Positions 24,880 to 38,273 of a stretch of 64,000 bases of DNA are shown here, in pieces. A program made the position numbers and the translations under genes. The stretch lies in the NCBI RefSeq assembly GCF_036365525.1, contig NC_090374.1, forward strand, positions 75,909,699 through 75,973,698, in the 5' to 3' direction. The notes below the pieces were generated by a model. It ran no database searches, was not told the origin of the DNA, and saw only the letters and a list, made by a program, of their open reading frames with translations. The stretch comes from Heterodontus francisci. Lineage: Eukaryota. Positions within the stretch are counted from its first letter, which is position 1; the number at the start of each line of letters is the position of its first letter.

Positions 24880-26770
24880 AAATTAAATGAAGCCAATTTC
24901 ATAGGTATGAGGGGAGAGCTGACTAAACAGACACAAAAGGTTTTTTTTTTAGTTCATTCATGGGATGTGGGCGTCACTGGCGAGGCCAGCATTTATTGCC
25001 CATCCCCAATTGCCCCCGAGAAGGTGGAGGTGAGCTGCTTTCTTGAGCCACTGCAGTCCATGTGGGATAGGTACACCCACAGTGCTATTAGGAAGGGATT
25101 TTGACCCAGCACTAGTGAAGGAACGGCGATATAGTTCCAAGTCAGGATGGTGTGTGGCTTGGAGGGGAACTTGCAGGTGGTGGTGTTCCCAAGCATCTGC
25201 TGCCCTTGTCCTTCTAGGTGGTAGCGGTCGCAGGTTTGGAAGGTGCTGTGGTACGTTGCTGCAGTGCATCTTGTAGATGCTATACACTGCTGCCACTGTG
25301 CATTGTGTGGTCAATAAACAATGGGCAATATCTAAAGAAACTATTCAAAATCACGTTCCATTAAAAAACAAAAACTCAGCGAGAAAGATCCATCTGTGGC
25401 TTATTAGGGAAGTTAAGGACAATATTAGATTAAAAGATGGAACCACAGGCCAGTTATCTGGAAAATGCTGGAATCTTAATGTACTTAGAAAACTAAGTAT
25501 GATCAGAGTCAAAATGGTTTTACAGAAGGAAAATCATGTTTGACAAATCTATTGAGGTTTTTTGAGGTGGTAACTCGTAGGGTAGATAAAGGGAAGTCAG
25601 TAGATGCATTATATTTGGATTTCCAAAAGGCATTCGATAAGGTGCCAACAAAAGATTAGTATGCAAGTTAAGGGTTTATGGAGTTCAGGGTATTATAATT
25701 AGCATGGATGAAGCATTGGTTAATGGACAGGAAGCAGACAGTAGGGGTGAACAGGGCACTTTCAAGTTGGCAGGCAATAACTAATGAAATGTAACAAGAT
25801 CAGTGCTGGGTCTCTGCTATTTACAATCTACATTGATGACTTAGACAAAGAGACCAATAGCAATACATCCAATTTTGCTGACGATACAAAACTTGGTGTG
25901 AAAGTAAGCTGTGAGGACATGGAGGCTGCAAGGAGATGTAGACAGGTTAAGTGAGTGGGCAACAAGGTGGCAGGTGGAATATAATATGGGGAAGTTATTC
26001 ACTTTGGTAATGAATAGAAAAGCAGAATATTTTTTTAAAGATGGTCAATGTTGTAATTGTAAATGTTGATGCTCAGATACTTGGGTGTACTCATACAAGG
26101 AACATAAATCAGCATGCAGGTACAGCAAGCAATTAGGAAGACAAACTGGCAATTAGGGATGGGCAATAAATACTGGCATAGCCAGTGACACCCACATTCC
26201 CCAAACGGAATTTTAAAATATGTTGGCCTTTATTGCAAGACGATTGGAGTACACGAATAAGCAAGTCTTCACAGCCGACAGCTGGAGTACTGTGCATAGT
26301 TTTGGTCTCCATATCTAAGAAAGGATATACTTGCGTTGGAGACAGTACAGCGAAGGTTCACTAGATTGGTCCCTGGGATGAGAGGGGTTGAGTAAAATTG
26401 GGCCTACACTCTCTGGAGTTCAGACGAATTAGAGGTGATGTCATTGAAACATACAAGATTCTGAAGGGACTTGACAGGATAGACAGAGGTCATTTCTCCT
26501 GGATGGAGAATCTAGAACACAGGGGCAGTCTCAGGATAAGGATACGATCATTTAGGACTGAGCTGAGGAGAAATTTCTTCACTCACAGGGTTGTGAATCC
26601 TTGAAATTCTCTACCCCAGAGGGTTGTGGATGTTCCATCATTGAGTCTATTCAAACCTGAGATAGCAGAGCAGGCAGGCAAGTGGATTTGAGAATGATCA
26701 GTCGTGGTCGTACTGGTGGAGCAGGCTCGAGGGGTTGTATGGTTGCTCCTATTTCTTATGTTATGTTCTC
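24880..26770 (+). mobile_element. Degraded CR1 with internal deletions and nested tails of the tRNA-head LINE family
   Basis: [15 protein letters not shown] and GLHSLEFRRIRGDVIETYKIL motifs; nested inserts at 24940-25305 (-) and 26148-26205 (+). Confidence 0.85.
24940..25305 (-). mobile_element. 3' end of the tRNA-head LINE family
   Basis: Reverse complement matches 11390-11738 (atctacaagatgcactgcagcaac...ggcaattggggatgggcaataaatgctggcc...A-tail). Confidence 0.85.
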
Positions 26771-26844
26771 ATCCTTTTGTTTTCAAATTAATTTTTTTTT
26801 TACATGGATGAATCTTCATAATTTATGGTTTATTCGCAGCCTAC

Positions 26845-26997
26845 TCAAAGAGACATCTTGACAAATATATGAATAGGAAGGGAATAGAGGGATATGGGCC
26901 CCAGAAGTGCAGAAGGTGTTAGTTTCGGCAGGCATCAAGATCGGCACAGGCTTGGAGGGCCGAATGGCCTGTTCCTGTGCTGTACTGTTCTTTGTAC
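26845..26997 (+). mobile_element. CR1 3' tail, same family as 19027-21480
   Basis: agacatcttgacaaata...ggcaggcatcaagatcggcacaggcttggagggccgaatggcctgttcctgtgctgtactgttctttgt. Confidence 0.85.
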
Positions 26998-27307
26998 TCA
27001 TTAAATGTCCACTGTTACAATTCAATTAATGTTAAGCCAGCCATATTCAGTATTGCTGTTATTTATATAATACACCTTGGCTACTTTGACATTTCCTACT
27101 TCAATACATTTTGATAGAATAAAAATTTGATTTCATTTTTTGATGTTTTTGGGTAAAGTTTGTTCCATCTCCCTTAATTAATGCTTTTTATGACAACTTA
27201 TTAAATTTTCTTTAATTTATTAATTTTCACAAAATTAAACAGCCATTGCCAATACATTTTTAGTGCTTAGACTGAATACATTTTGCAACAAGCTCATTCA
27301 ATACCCA

Positions 27308-27440
27308 CTAAAGAACAAAGAACAGTACAGCACAGGAACAGGCCATTCAGCCCTCCAAGCCTGCGCCGATCTTGATACCTGCCTAAACTAAAAGCTTCTG
27401 CACTTCCGGGGTCCATATCCCTCTATTCCCATCCTATTTT
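27308..27440 (-). mobile_element. CR1 3' tail, inverted relative to 26845-26997
   Basis: aagaacagtacagcacaggaacaggccattcagccctccaagcctgcgccgatcttgat is the reverse complement of the 26845-26997 tail. Confidence 0.85.
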
Positions 27441-28019
27441 GCACAGGTTGTCCTGCTTGTCTGCTGTAAATTCAACAGAAAAGAGTTTCTCGGCTCTTCT
27501 GCCAAAATTTTTGCAAACAAGAATATTCCTGCAGAAATTCAGTGTTTTACAGTATTTCCCTCTGTAAAGAGAGAATGAGAGCAGAGCGTGTCTGACGGGG
27601 AGAACAGCCCCACCTAGAGCATGCAATGTGGTAGAGAAATGGTTGAGACATGAAGACCCAAACAAATCACAGATTTACAGAAGAGAATTTGCATTTATAT
27701 AGTACTTATACCCTCAAAATAACCCAAGGTGCTTCATAGGCTTTAATGTGGATTAATCACAGCAATGCTTAGCTGAAGAATCATTGACTACAGAATCAAT
27801 TCTTAAATTTACTCTGTTTCAGCTTAATTGAGTGTACCTTGATGAGATGAGTTTGCAATGGGATGAACTCAACCAAATAGAAATAACTGACATCTAAAGA
27901 TTTGGCTAAAAATAATGTAATCCATTAAGATTTTTAATCTGTTCCAAAAGATTTAATTATGCTATTACTTCTTAGATATCTATTTCTTAATGAACTTGTA
28001 GTCAGCACAACTGCTTAGT

Positions 28020-28300
28020 CAGAAGCAAATGAATCTAGGTCGACACCTCAGAGAGGGAGTGCTATATAGTCATAGCTGCCTGCTGCACGGCGAGATGGGA
28101 TTTAAAAAGCAGGGACTTGCCCCAATATCCTGGACCCCTCAAACATCAAAAATTCATATCACTGCTGCTTGTGGAACTTTACGGTGAGCAGAATGATTTT
28201 AACCTATATAGCAAGAGACTTTCATTGTATGCAACATGTTTTGAAACATGTTGTGGTGCAATATGGTGCTACATAAAGTAATATTCTCCGCCTTTCTTCC
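28020..28300 (+). mobile_element. Highly degraded DeuSINE-like relic
   Basis: gagggagtgct...catatcactgctgcttgtggaactt echoes 61820-62225. Confidence 0.4.
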
Positions 28301-28307
28301 TTCAAGC

Positions 28308-28965
28308 ATTGTGGTAATGTTACTACACGAATAACCCACAGGCCTGGACTATTGCTCTGAAGACATGAGTTCTAATCTGGCCACAGCAGTTGAGGGAAAT
28401 TTAATTTCAATTAATAAATATATCTGAGATGAAGAGATGTCTCAGTAATAATGATCATGAAACTACCGGAATGTCGTAAAAACCCATCTGCTTCATTAAA
28501 TGTCCCTCAGGATAGGAAATCTGCTGTCCTGAACTGGTCTGGCCGACATGCAACTCTCGACTCAACAATGTACTTGACTCTTAACTGCCCGATGAAATGG
28601 TCTAGCAAGCCACCTCAGTTGTATGAAACTGCTACAGAAAATTCAAAGAACAAAAATCAGACAGACCACCCTGCACTGACCAACGCACCGGATATGAAAA
28701 ATACACACCCAGTGGATCCTGCAAAGTCCTCCTCACGAACATAAGGAGACTTGTGCCAAAATTGAGAGCGCTGTCCCACTGACTAATCAAGCAACAGCCT
28801 GACAAGTCATACTCCGAATTACACCTTGCAGCCAATGTCCCTGGGTACGTCCTGTCCCACCGCCAGGACAGACCCACCAGAGGTGGCAGCACAGTGGTTT
28901 ACAGTCAGGAGGAAGGGACCCTGGCAGTACTCAACATTGATTCCAGACCCCATGCAGTCTCATAA
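28308..28965 (+). mobile_element. 5' end of the tRNA-head LINE (head + body + start of endonuclease)
   Basis: gtggtaatgttacta...acatgagttctaatc head, SINE-like body, then EN-coding relic (NI.RLVPKLRALSH*LIKQQPD...PGYVLSHRQDRPTRGGSTVVYS). Confidence 0.8.
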
Positions 28966-29295
28966 CCTCTGCATTACCTGTTACTATTGGGATGGTACTA
29001 ATGTCCTCCACCGTGAAAACTGAGGCAAAATACTGATTTAGTGTCTCCACCATTTGTGTTCCCCTCTATTAACTTCCCCAGTCTCATCCTCCAAGGGACC
29101 AACATTCACTTTAGCTACTCTCTTCCCTTTTATATACTTATAGAAGCTTTTGCTTTCAGTTTTGATATTTTGTGCTAGTTTTCTTTCATAATTTACCTTT
29201 GCTCTTTTTATTACTTTTTTTTTAAAGTAACCCTTTGTTGATTTTTAAAAGATTCCCAATCTTCCAGCCTGCCACTGGCCTTTGCAATATGACCT
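28965..29295 (-). mobile_element. CR1 ORF2 internal fragment
   Basis: Reverse complement encodes EDWESFKNQQR...[25 protein letters not shown]. Confidence 0.75.
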
Positions 29296-29319
29296 CAGTA
29301 AAGCACACCAAGGTAGCAA

Positions 29320-31530
29320 TCATATTACTGAATTTTGCATGCAGTTTGAGGGAGAGAAGAATGGGTCCAAGACTAATATTTTAAACTTAAACAAGGGCAA
29401 TTATGAGGGCATGAAAGCAGAGCTAGCAAAAAAGTGAACTGGCAGATTAGGCTAAGGGATAGGTCAATAGAGATGCTGCGGCAGATATTTAAAAGGATAT
29501 TTCAGAATACACAGAATAGATACATTCCAATAAGAAAAATTCCAAGGGAAGGACCCACCATCCGTGGTTAATTAAAAAAGTTAATGATAGTATCAAACGA
29601 AGAAAAAGTATAAAATTGCGCAAAGATGGGTGACAGGTCAGAAGATTGGACCGAATATAAAAAAAAGCAAAGATTGACTAAAAGATTCATAAGGAGGGAA
29701 AAATTGGAGTACAAGAGAACTAGCTAGAAATATAAAAACAGATAGTAAGAGTTCCTACAGATGTTTAAAAAAAGAGTTAGCAAAGTTGGTTCTATAGAAA
29801 GTGAGTCTGCAGAATTAATAAGGAAAAATAAGGAGATGGCAGATGAATTGAACAGGCATTTTGTACTGGTCTTCACTATACAGAATACAAGTAACATTGC
29901 AGAAATAGCTGTAAATCAGGAAGTGAAAGGGAGGAACTCAAGAAAATTACAATCACTAGGGTAGTAGTACTGAGCAAATTGTTCGAGCTGTAGGCTGATC
30001 AGTCCCCAGGTCCTGATGGACTTCATCCTAGGATGTTAAAAGAAGTGGCTAGTGAGATAGTTGATGCGTTGGTTTTAATTTTCCAAAATTCCCTAGATTC
30101 AGGGAAGGTTCCGTTAGATTGGAAAATAGTGAATGTAACTCCTTTATTCAAAAAGAGAGGGAGACAGAAAGGAGGAAACTGCAGCCCTGTTCGCTTAACA
30201 TCTGGCTTAGGGAAAATGTTAGAAGCTAAAGACGTTGTAGCAGGGCATTTAGAAAAATTCAAGGTAATCAAGAAGAGTCAACATGGTTTTGCGAAAGGGA
30301 AATAATATTTAACCAATTTATTGGAATTCTTTAGAGTAGTAACATGTGCTGTGGATAAAGGGGATGTATGTACTTAAATTTCCAGAAGGCATTTGATAAG
30401 ATGCCACATCAAAAGGTTATTGCGGAGTATAAAGCTCATGGTGTTGGGGGCAACATATTGGCATGGATAGAAGATTGGCTACCTAACAGGAAAAAGAGTA
30501 GGTATAGAAGGGTCATTTTCTGGTTGGCAAGATGCAATGAGTGGTGTTCCACAGGGATCAGCACAGTGCTTCAACTTTTACAATTTATAAAAATGACTTG
30601 GATGAAGGGACCGAAGGTATGGTTGCTAAATTTGCTGATGACACAAAGATAGGTAGAAAAGTAAATTGTGAAGAGAACGTAAGGGGGCTACAAAGGGGTA
30701 TAAAATAGGTTAAGTGAGGGCGCAAAGATTTGGAAAATGGAAAATGTTAAATTGTCCATTCTGGCAGGAATAATAAAAAAATTATCTAAATGGTGAGAAA
30801 TCGCAGAGCTCTGAGATGCAGAGGGATCTGGGTATCCTTGTGCATGAATCACAAAAGGTTAGTATGCATGTACAGCAAGTAATCAGAAAAGTTAAAGAAT
30901 TATATTGTTTATTGCGAAGGGAATAGAGTACAAAAGTAGGGAGGTAATGCTTCAGTGAGCCAGGGCATTGGTGAGACCACATCTGGAGTACCGTGTACAG
31001 CATTGGTCTCCTTATTTAAGGAAGGATGTAAATGTGTTGGAAGCAGTTCAGAGAAGGTTTACTAGACGAATACCTGGAATGGGCAGGTTGTCTTATGAGG
31101 AAAGGTTGCACAGGCTAGGCTTGTATCCACTGGAGATTAGAAGAGTAAGAGGCAACTTGATTGAAACACAAGATCCTCAGGGGTCTTGACAGGGTAGATG
31201 TGGAAAGAATGTTTCCCCTTGTGGGAGAATCTAGAACTAGGGGGTCACTGTTTAACAATAAGGGGTCCCCCATTTAAGAGAGTGATGAGGCAAATTTTTT
31301 TCTCTGAAGGTCGTGTGTCTTTGGAACTCTCTTCTGCTAAAGGCAGCGGAAGCAGTGTTCAAATATTTTTCAAGTAGAGATAGACAGATTCTTGATAAGC
31401 AAGGGGTTGAAAGGTTATCCGAGTTGGTGGGAAGTTGAGGTTACAATCGGATTAGCCATGATCGTACTGAATGGCAGAGCAGGCTCGAGGGGCAGAGTGG
31501 CCTACTCCAGCTCCCAATTTGTATGTTCGT
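29320..31530 (+). mobile_element. CR1 LINE, 5'-truncated
   Basis: ORF fragments 29761-31189 with RT motifs and a CR1 tail ending gtatgttcgta. Confidence 0.9.
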
Positions 31531-31699
31531 AAGCTGTCACACTAATTTTAAACTGATACAGCTGAAGGAATTTTTAGTGCAATGCAGCATAAATTAAATC
31601 TAGCAGGATCTCCTGTCGGCTACAATAGGAAACATAAATGTACTACATGTACTAATAGCATTGTGCAATGAGAAAGTATTAATTAACAATCTAGTTGTG

Positions 31700-34002
31700 C
31701 GGGGGTCCCTTGCGGAGGAGCAAACATAGCATGATAGAATTCTTCATTAAGCTGGAGGGTCCTGAATCTAAATAAAGGAAACTACAAAGTAATGAGGCGC
31801 GAGTTAGCTATGGTAGATTGGGGAACTTTACTAAAAGGGCTAATAGTGGATAGGCAATGGATAATATTTAAAGAACGCATGCATGAACTACAACAATTAT
31901 TCATTCCTGTCTGGCACAAAATAAAACTGGAAAGGTGGCTCAACCGTGGCTTACAAAATAAATTAGGGATGGTATTAGAGCCAAAGAGAAGGCATATAAA
32001 ATTGCCAGAAAAAGCAGCAAGTCTGAGGATTGGGAGCAGTTTGGAATTCAGCAAAGGAGGACAAAGAGATTGATTAAGTGGGGGGAAATAGAGTATGAGA
32101 GCAAACTTGTGGGGAACATAAAAAACTGACTGTGAAAGCTTCTATTAATATGTGAAGAGAAAAAGATGAGTGAAGACAAATGTAGGTTCCTTACAGTCAG
32201 AAACGGAGGAAATTATAATGGGCAACAAAGAAATGGCAGATCAATAAAACACATACTTTGGTTGTGTCTTCACAAAGGAAGACACAAATAACCTCCCAGA
32301 AATGTTAGGCAACCAAGGGTCTAATGAGAGGGAGGAACTGAAGGAAATCAGTATTAGTAAAAAAAAAAAGTGCTAGGGAAATTAATGGGGTTAAAGGCTG
32401 ACAAATCCCCAGGGACTGATAATCTACATCCCAGAAGTACTAAAGTAAGTGGCCCTGGAAATAGTGGATGCATTGGTGGTCATCTTCCAAAATTCTAGAG
32501 ACTCTGGAGCAATTCCTACAGATTGGAGGGTGGAAAATGTAATCCCGCTATTTAAAAAGGGAGGGAGAAAAAAAAACAGGGAATTACAGACCAGCCAGCC
32601 TTACATCAGTAGTGGGGAAAATGCTAGAGTCTATTATAAAGGATGTGATAGCAGAACACCTGGAAAGCATAAATGGGATTGGGCAAAGTCAGCATGGGTT
32701 TATGAAAGGGAAATCATGCTTAACAAATCTACTGGAGTGTTTTGAGGATGCAACTAGCAGAATAGATAAGGGAGAACCAGTGGATGTGGTGTATTTGGAT
32801 TTTCAGAAGGCTTTTGTTAAGGTCCCACATAAGAGATTAGTGTGCAAAATGAAAGCACATGGGATTGGGGGTAATATACTGGCATGGATTGAGAATTGGT
32901 TGACTGACAGGAAACCGAGAGTAGGAATAAACTGTTCTTCACCCCCACCCCCTCCCCACATCCCTGGAGTGGCAGGCAGTGACTAGTGGGGTAACACAGC
33001 AATCAGTGCTTGGGCCCCAGCTATTCACAATATATATTAATGACTTGGATGAGGGAACTAAATGTAACATTTCCAAGTTTGCAGGTGACACAAAGCTGGG
33101 GGAGACTGAGCTGTGAGGGGGATGCAAAGAGGCTCCAATGTGATTTGGACAAGTTGGGTGAGTGGGCAAATGCATGGCTGGTGCAGTGTAATGTGGATAA
33201 ATGTGAAGTTATCCACTTTGGTTGTAAAAACAGAAAGGCAGATTATCTGAATGGTGATAGATTAGGAAAGGGGGAGGTGCAACGAGACCTGGGTGTCCTT
33301 GTATACCAATCGCTGAAAGCAAGCATTCAGGTGCAGCAAGCAGTTAGGAAGACAAATGGTCTGTTGACCTTCATTGCAAGAGGATTTGAGTACAGGAGCA
33401 AGGATGTCTTACTGCAGTTATACAGGACCTTGGTGAGACCACATCTGGAGTATTGTGTGCAGTTTCGGTCTCCTTATCTGAGGAAGGATGTTCCTGCCAT
33501 GGAGGGAGTGCAAAGATGATTTGCTAGGCTGATTCCTGGGATGGCAAGTTTGACATATGAGGAGAGATTGGGTCGACTAGGCCTATATTCACTAGAGTTC
33601 AGAAGAATGAGAGGGGATCTCATAGAAACATATAAAATTCTAACAGGACTAGACAGACTAGATGCACGGAGGATGTTCCTGATGGCTGGGGAGTCCAGAA
33701 CCAGGGGTCACAGTCTCAGGATATGGGGTATGCCATTTAGAACAGAGATGAGGAGAAATTTCTTCACTCAGAGGGTGGTGAACCTGTGGAATTCCCTACC
33801 GCAGAAGGCAGTGGAGGCCAAGTCATTAAATATATTCAAGAAGGAGATAGATATATTTCTTAATGCCAAAGGGATCAAGGGATATGGGGAGAAAGCAGAA
33901 ACAGGGTATCGAATTGGACAATCAGCCATGATCTTTTTTGAATGGCAGAGTAGGCCCAAAGTGCCGAAAGGCCTACTCCTGCTCCTATTTTCTATGTTTC
34001 TA
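31700..34002 (+). mobile_element. CR1 LINE, 5'-truncated
   Basis: ORF fragments 32449-34050 ([35 protein letters not shown]); tail cctactcctgctcctattttctatgtttcta. Confidence 0.92.
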
Positions 34003-34274
34003 AAAAATATACTTTTTCCATCAGAACAGCTTTCCGTATTACTCCACTAATGTTCTGAACCAGTTTAGTGCTATGGTGGTGTTTCTATTCTGACCCTAAA
34101 TAGGATCATAATGTGGACAGCAATACAGTGACCAGCTCAACATCAAATTCCCTGGGTCCCTCACAATATGTAATATATCATAAGGCTATGTTCCCAGACA
34201 GAAACCAGAATAAATCAGCAGCGTAAACAGAGCAAAATATTGCAAGTAGGTTTTGCTTCTTTGACCTACACAAT

Positions 34275-34402
34275 AATAGCTTGCATTTATATAATACATT
34301 TGCCGTAGTAAAGGCGCTTCAAAGGAGAAAACATTTGACACTGAGCCACGAGACATTCAAACAGGTGACCAAATGTTTGTTCAAAGTAGGTTTTGAAGGA
34401 AA
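34275..34402 (-). mobile_element. L2-like 3' tail fragment
   Basis: cttgcatttatataatacatt...aaggcgcttc...tttgacactgagccac...gtaggttttgaagga; similar to 35730-36085. Confidence 0.5.
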
Positions 34403-34809
34403 TTGCCAAGTAAAAAAGTAGTTAAATAGCAGTACACATCTGGTCAACCTGAGCACTTTACGATACATTTACTGTATAACACTGTCACCAATTAACATTG
34501 ACTTTGATGGTCACATATAACAGAGATCTTGGATCATAGCAATGTAAGAGAGATTTTTTGGACAGATGCTGCTGTAACACTCAGATGCTGCGACAGCCAT
34601 GTTTTCTAGCCAGTTTGGAGCTTCCTTGGCTCTTGGAAAGCATAACAGCCAGAAATAAAGTTGCAAGCCATGATTTTGAAGAAAATGCAGACATATGCTT
34701 ATCCTTTTTCTCTGCCATTTCCATTAGACTAACATGGCATTATTGATAGTTTGAGTTCACATATTTTACTGAATTCTACATTTAAGTAACAAAAAAAAAG
34801 GGCCCTCAC

Positions 34810-34973
34810 CTACAAATCGTCCACCAGGTTTAATGACTTTGGTACTTCGACTACGGGTTTCCTCCTCTGCTTGAGTCATGCGTTCTCGTGTTAGCTGGTA
34901 AGAATCATTCGTTGCACATATTATAATTTTATCCTGTATGCTTCCAAAGCAGTCAAGTTCTGCAACTCCATTG
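34810..34973 (-). CDS. ELL2: ELL2 coding exon (equivalent to exon 4), 164 nt
   Basis: Long pyrimidine tract, then tctctag|CAATGGA...TTTGTAG|gtgagg. Translates [54 protein letters not shown](G), ELL2-like ([30 protein letters not shown]). Confidence 0.96.
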
Positions 34974-35729
34974 CTAGAGAGAGGAAAAAAAGAGAGAAAA
35001 AAGGAGAATGTTAAATTCAGAAGCTGAAGTTAACTTCAAAGTTCCATCACCTTCATGACATCAACAAACTTGAGCTGTATTTGAACAAAAATTTATTAAA
35101 ACTGGATATGTATGGCATATTTTAAAAAGGTACAAATGACCAGTATATATGCCTTTTATTCAATTTCCTAAAGGTTATAATTACTTACTCAAGGTTATTG
35201 TGCATTCAGAAACAGGTTATCTAAGAATTCGACAGCAACACTAGCAGCATGCTTTCAGCTGCAACAATCCATTTAGGGAGAGGGGCAGAACATTGTGATT
35301 TCAGAAAATAGGAGTTTAAAGACTATTAATTTTGGAGTTTCAGTTTATCCATCAATTGTGATCATCTTCAATTCCTCTTCCTCCTCCAAATGGATCAATA
35401 ACATTAGTTGGAGGTCAGTACAGTTACATCAGTCTGTTAGGATATATTGTCCTCTATTTACTAATGTTACTAACAAAGTCAATATGGGTATAAAATGTGA
35501 GAACTTTATAGTTTGTCATTCATGCTGATGATTTTTTGTTAACACTAGCAAATGGAAAAATCCCTCGAAGCCTTTCAATCCTCTTTTGTGACCATCACAT
35601 TGAGGGATGTCAGTGCTGAGCAATGGACTATTTTCCCCACTTGAGAACCACGTGAAACAATATTCCCTTTCTGCCAAAATCATATCCTCCACCACAGCCA
35701 TACCCCCCTCCTCCTCCCCACCACAAACA

Positions 35730-36085
35730 AAAACAACTTGGCCAAGGAGCTTCTCATGAGTGTTATCATGTGAAATTTGAAATTGGGCCACAAGGCGATA
35801 TTAGGGCAGATGGCCAAAAGTTGGATCAAAGCAGTAGGCTTCAGGGAGCATCAAAGGAGAAAAAGAGGGGTTCAAAAGCAGAAGGATTGAGAGGCAGCAA
35901 GGTTTAAGGAGGGAATTCTAGAGCTTAGGGCCTGGACAGCAGAAGGCACGACCGCCAATGATGAAGCAATTAAAATTGGGGGTGCCCAAGAGGCCAGAAT
36001 TGGAGGAGCACATATCTGAGAGTTGTAGGGGTAGAGGAGATTACAGAGATAGGGAGGGGTTGGTCATGGAGGGATTTGAAGTTGG
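35730..36085 (-). mobile_element. L2-like LINE 3' fragment
   Basis: gggaattctagagcttagggcctggacagcagaaggcacg is the reverse complement of an RAFCCPGPKL.NSL-type L2 C-terminus. Confidence 0.6.
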
Positions 36086-37049
36086 ACAATGTTACAGAAA
36101 TGGAAATAGGTGGAATTTTACCCCAAGATCATCCAATACTGTATTAGGATAATTCTTCCACTGTCTATTTTCCATGGTGGCCATACTTGTAGTAAGATGC
36201 GTTGTTAGTTCAACTCCAATTGGTTACAAATTTTGAACAGTTTATGCTGTGGACCTACATGTGCTGCAAAGTGGGTTGAAACCACCAAATTCATTTTGTA
36301 TGAAACCCTTACAGTCAGCAGAGATACCAGCCAATCATCCCATCAGTCTGGGCTCAATTTCAAGCTAGACGCCAGAGGTGAAACATGTGTACTAACCTAT
36401 TGTGCCAACCTTGTCTTCCAGACCATTACTATTTTAGTTTCTAGTTTAAAGCATCATTTAAAGTGCCAGCACTTGCCAATTTTTTCACAAATGTTTTACC
36501 AAACTAGGAGAAATGGTGGGGGGGGAAGCGAGAGAGAGAGTGTTCTTGGCTTCTCTTACTTATACCCATTTTTTTCTAGCAGAATTATAGGAATATCTGC
36601 ATTTGAAATCATAAAATGAGATTGCATCAGCAAGATGAGGTTCTTGAAATGGTCCAAGTAATCAGAATTCTCAGTTTCTTGAAATCATGGAATACGATTT
36701 TAGCCTATAATACTTCACTCCCATTTTTTTTGTTGCAATCATTGACAATGATTTTAAAGATCTACCAAATTCACCACTTTCTACAAATTTCAACAACCTA
36801 CCACACCATTCCTTTAGAATAAAAATACTGTCAAACTAATCCCCACTTGACTGCTTACATAAAATCAACCAGAATGCCAACAAACAATAATCTAACATTT
36901 AGATCAAACAGGTTGGCTTGGGCATTCTTTGATCAAGTTAGCTTGAATATACATGAAATGGGATACAGTGTATGTAGCATAAGTCTCTAAATGAGTCTTC
37001 TCACTTGAGTCATCCACTGAACTAAGAAATAAAAGCTGGTTTACAGTAC

Positions 37050-37171
37050 CTGGAAATATACTGCTGGACACAGTCAAAGCTTCCCTGAGGATTATCTTTT
37101 CCAACATTAGATACATAAAAGTCAAAGTTACGTGCTTCTTTGTGGGCATCTGTTCTTGGAATCTTTATTAA
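37050..37171 (-). CDS. ELL2: ELL2 coding exon (equivalent to exon 3), 122 nt
   Basis: Minus strand ttctccatag|TTAATAAAG...ATTTCCAG|gtactg. Translates [40 protein letters not shown], matching the ELL N-terminal domain as recalled for vertebrate ELL2 (LVKIP...[20 protein letters not shown]). Splices in frame to the next exon. Confidence 0.95.
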
Positions 37172-37529
37172 CTATGGAGAAAGGAAAATGAAAGCTAGCA
37201 ATTTTTTTTTTTTAAAACCACAAAAATCAGATCTGAAGTAGGTTTTCCTTGGATAAATCAAACATACTTTTTCAGCAGTGTTTAGAAACCAATGCAACTT
37301 AAAAAATAAGTATATCTAGCAACATTTTCTCACGATCTGTTTAATGTTCTTCTATTGAGTTGTCATATGCAGCTTCCTGGCAATGGAATTTCCATTTCAG
37401 GAGAAAGTGCAAAGCGGAATACAGGTCACAGAAACATCAGTGTCCACAAGGAAGCATTTATTTTCTGCATTGATTATGCTGAAGCTTTTGATATGGTTAG
37501 CCAAGCGAAATGAGACGTTTTGTTTTCCC

Positions 37530-38110
37530 TGTAGAACCATAGACATTTAACCTGTTCCACCATTCTATTAGAACGTGGCTGACCTGTATCGCAACTCCAT
37601 TTACCCACTTTTGTTCCATGTCCCTTACCCCAACAGAAATTCATCAAGCATAGTCGTGAAAGTTTCAATCAAGCCAGCATCCACAGCTTTTTGAGGGAGT
37701 TTTCCAGATTTTCACTACCCTTTGTTTGAAAAAGGGGATCTTGATTTCACTCGAATGGCCTAGCTCCAATTTTAATCTTCAGGATTTCCCCAGCAGGGGA
37801 AATAATTTCTATTTCTGACCCATCAAATTCTTAGCTTTTTAAAAACATTGATAGATCAACACAAAATTCTAAACTCAAAAGGTAACCAAGCCAACATTAT
37901 GCAACCTGCCCATGAACTTTAATCCTTTCAGCCCCAAAATCATTCTGGTGAATCTGCACGGTATACTCTCCACACTTAATATCTTTGCTGAGCTAAAATG
38001 CCTGATAGGGTCTAACCAAGGCTCAGTAGAACGGAAGCATCATTTCCTCCCCATTGAGATTCCGGCCAAAACTATCAGCTCTTCTGGTTACTTTCTGTCC
38101 TTGTGCAATA
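37530..38110 (-). mobile_element. Old CR1 3' fragment
   Basis: Degenerate reverse-complement CR1 tail and RT C-terminus. Confidence 0.55.
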
Positions 38111-38273
38111 GCTTTTGGTTATCCCCATCTCACTTAAAATATTCAATTTGGATCTGCAAAATCTGAATGGTCCCAGATCTGTCCCCCTCCTCGCTCCCCA
38201 CCGCCCCAGAGAGATTCAACAGTAATCCTGACTTCTTATACCACCAAAAACCCAGTTACACCTCATTCAACGA

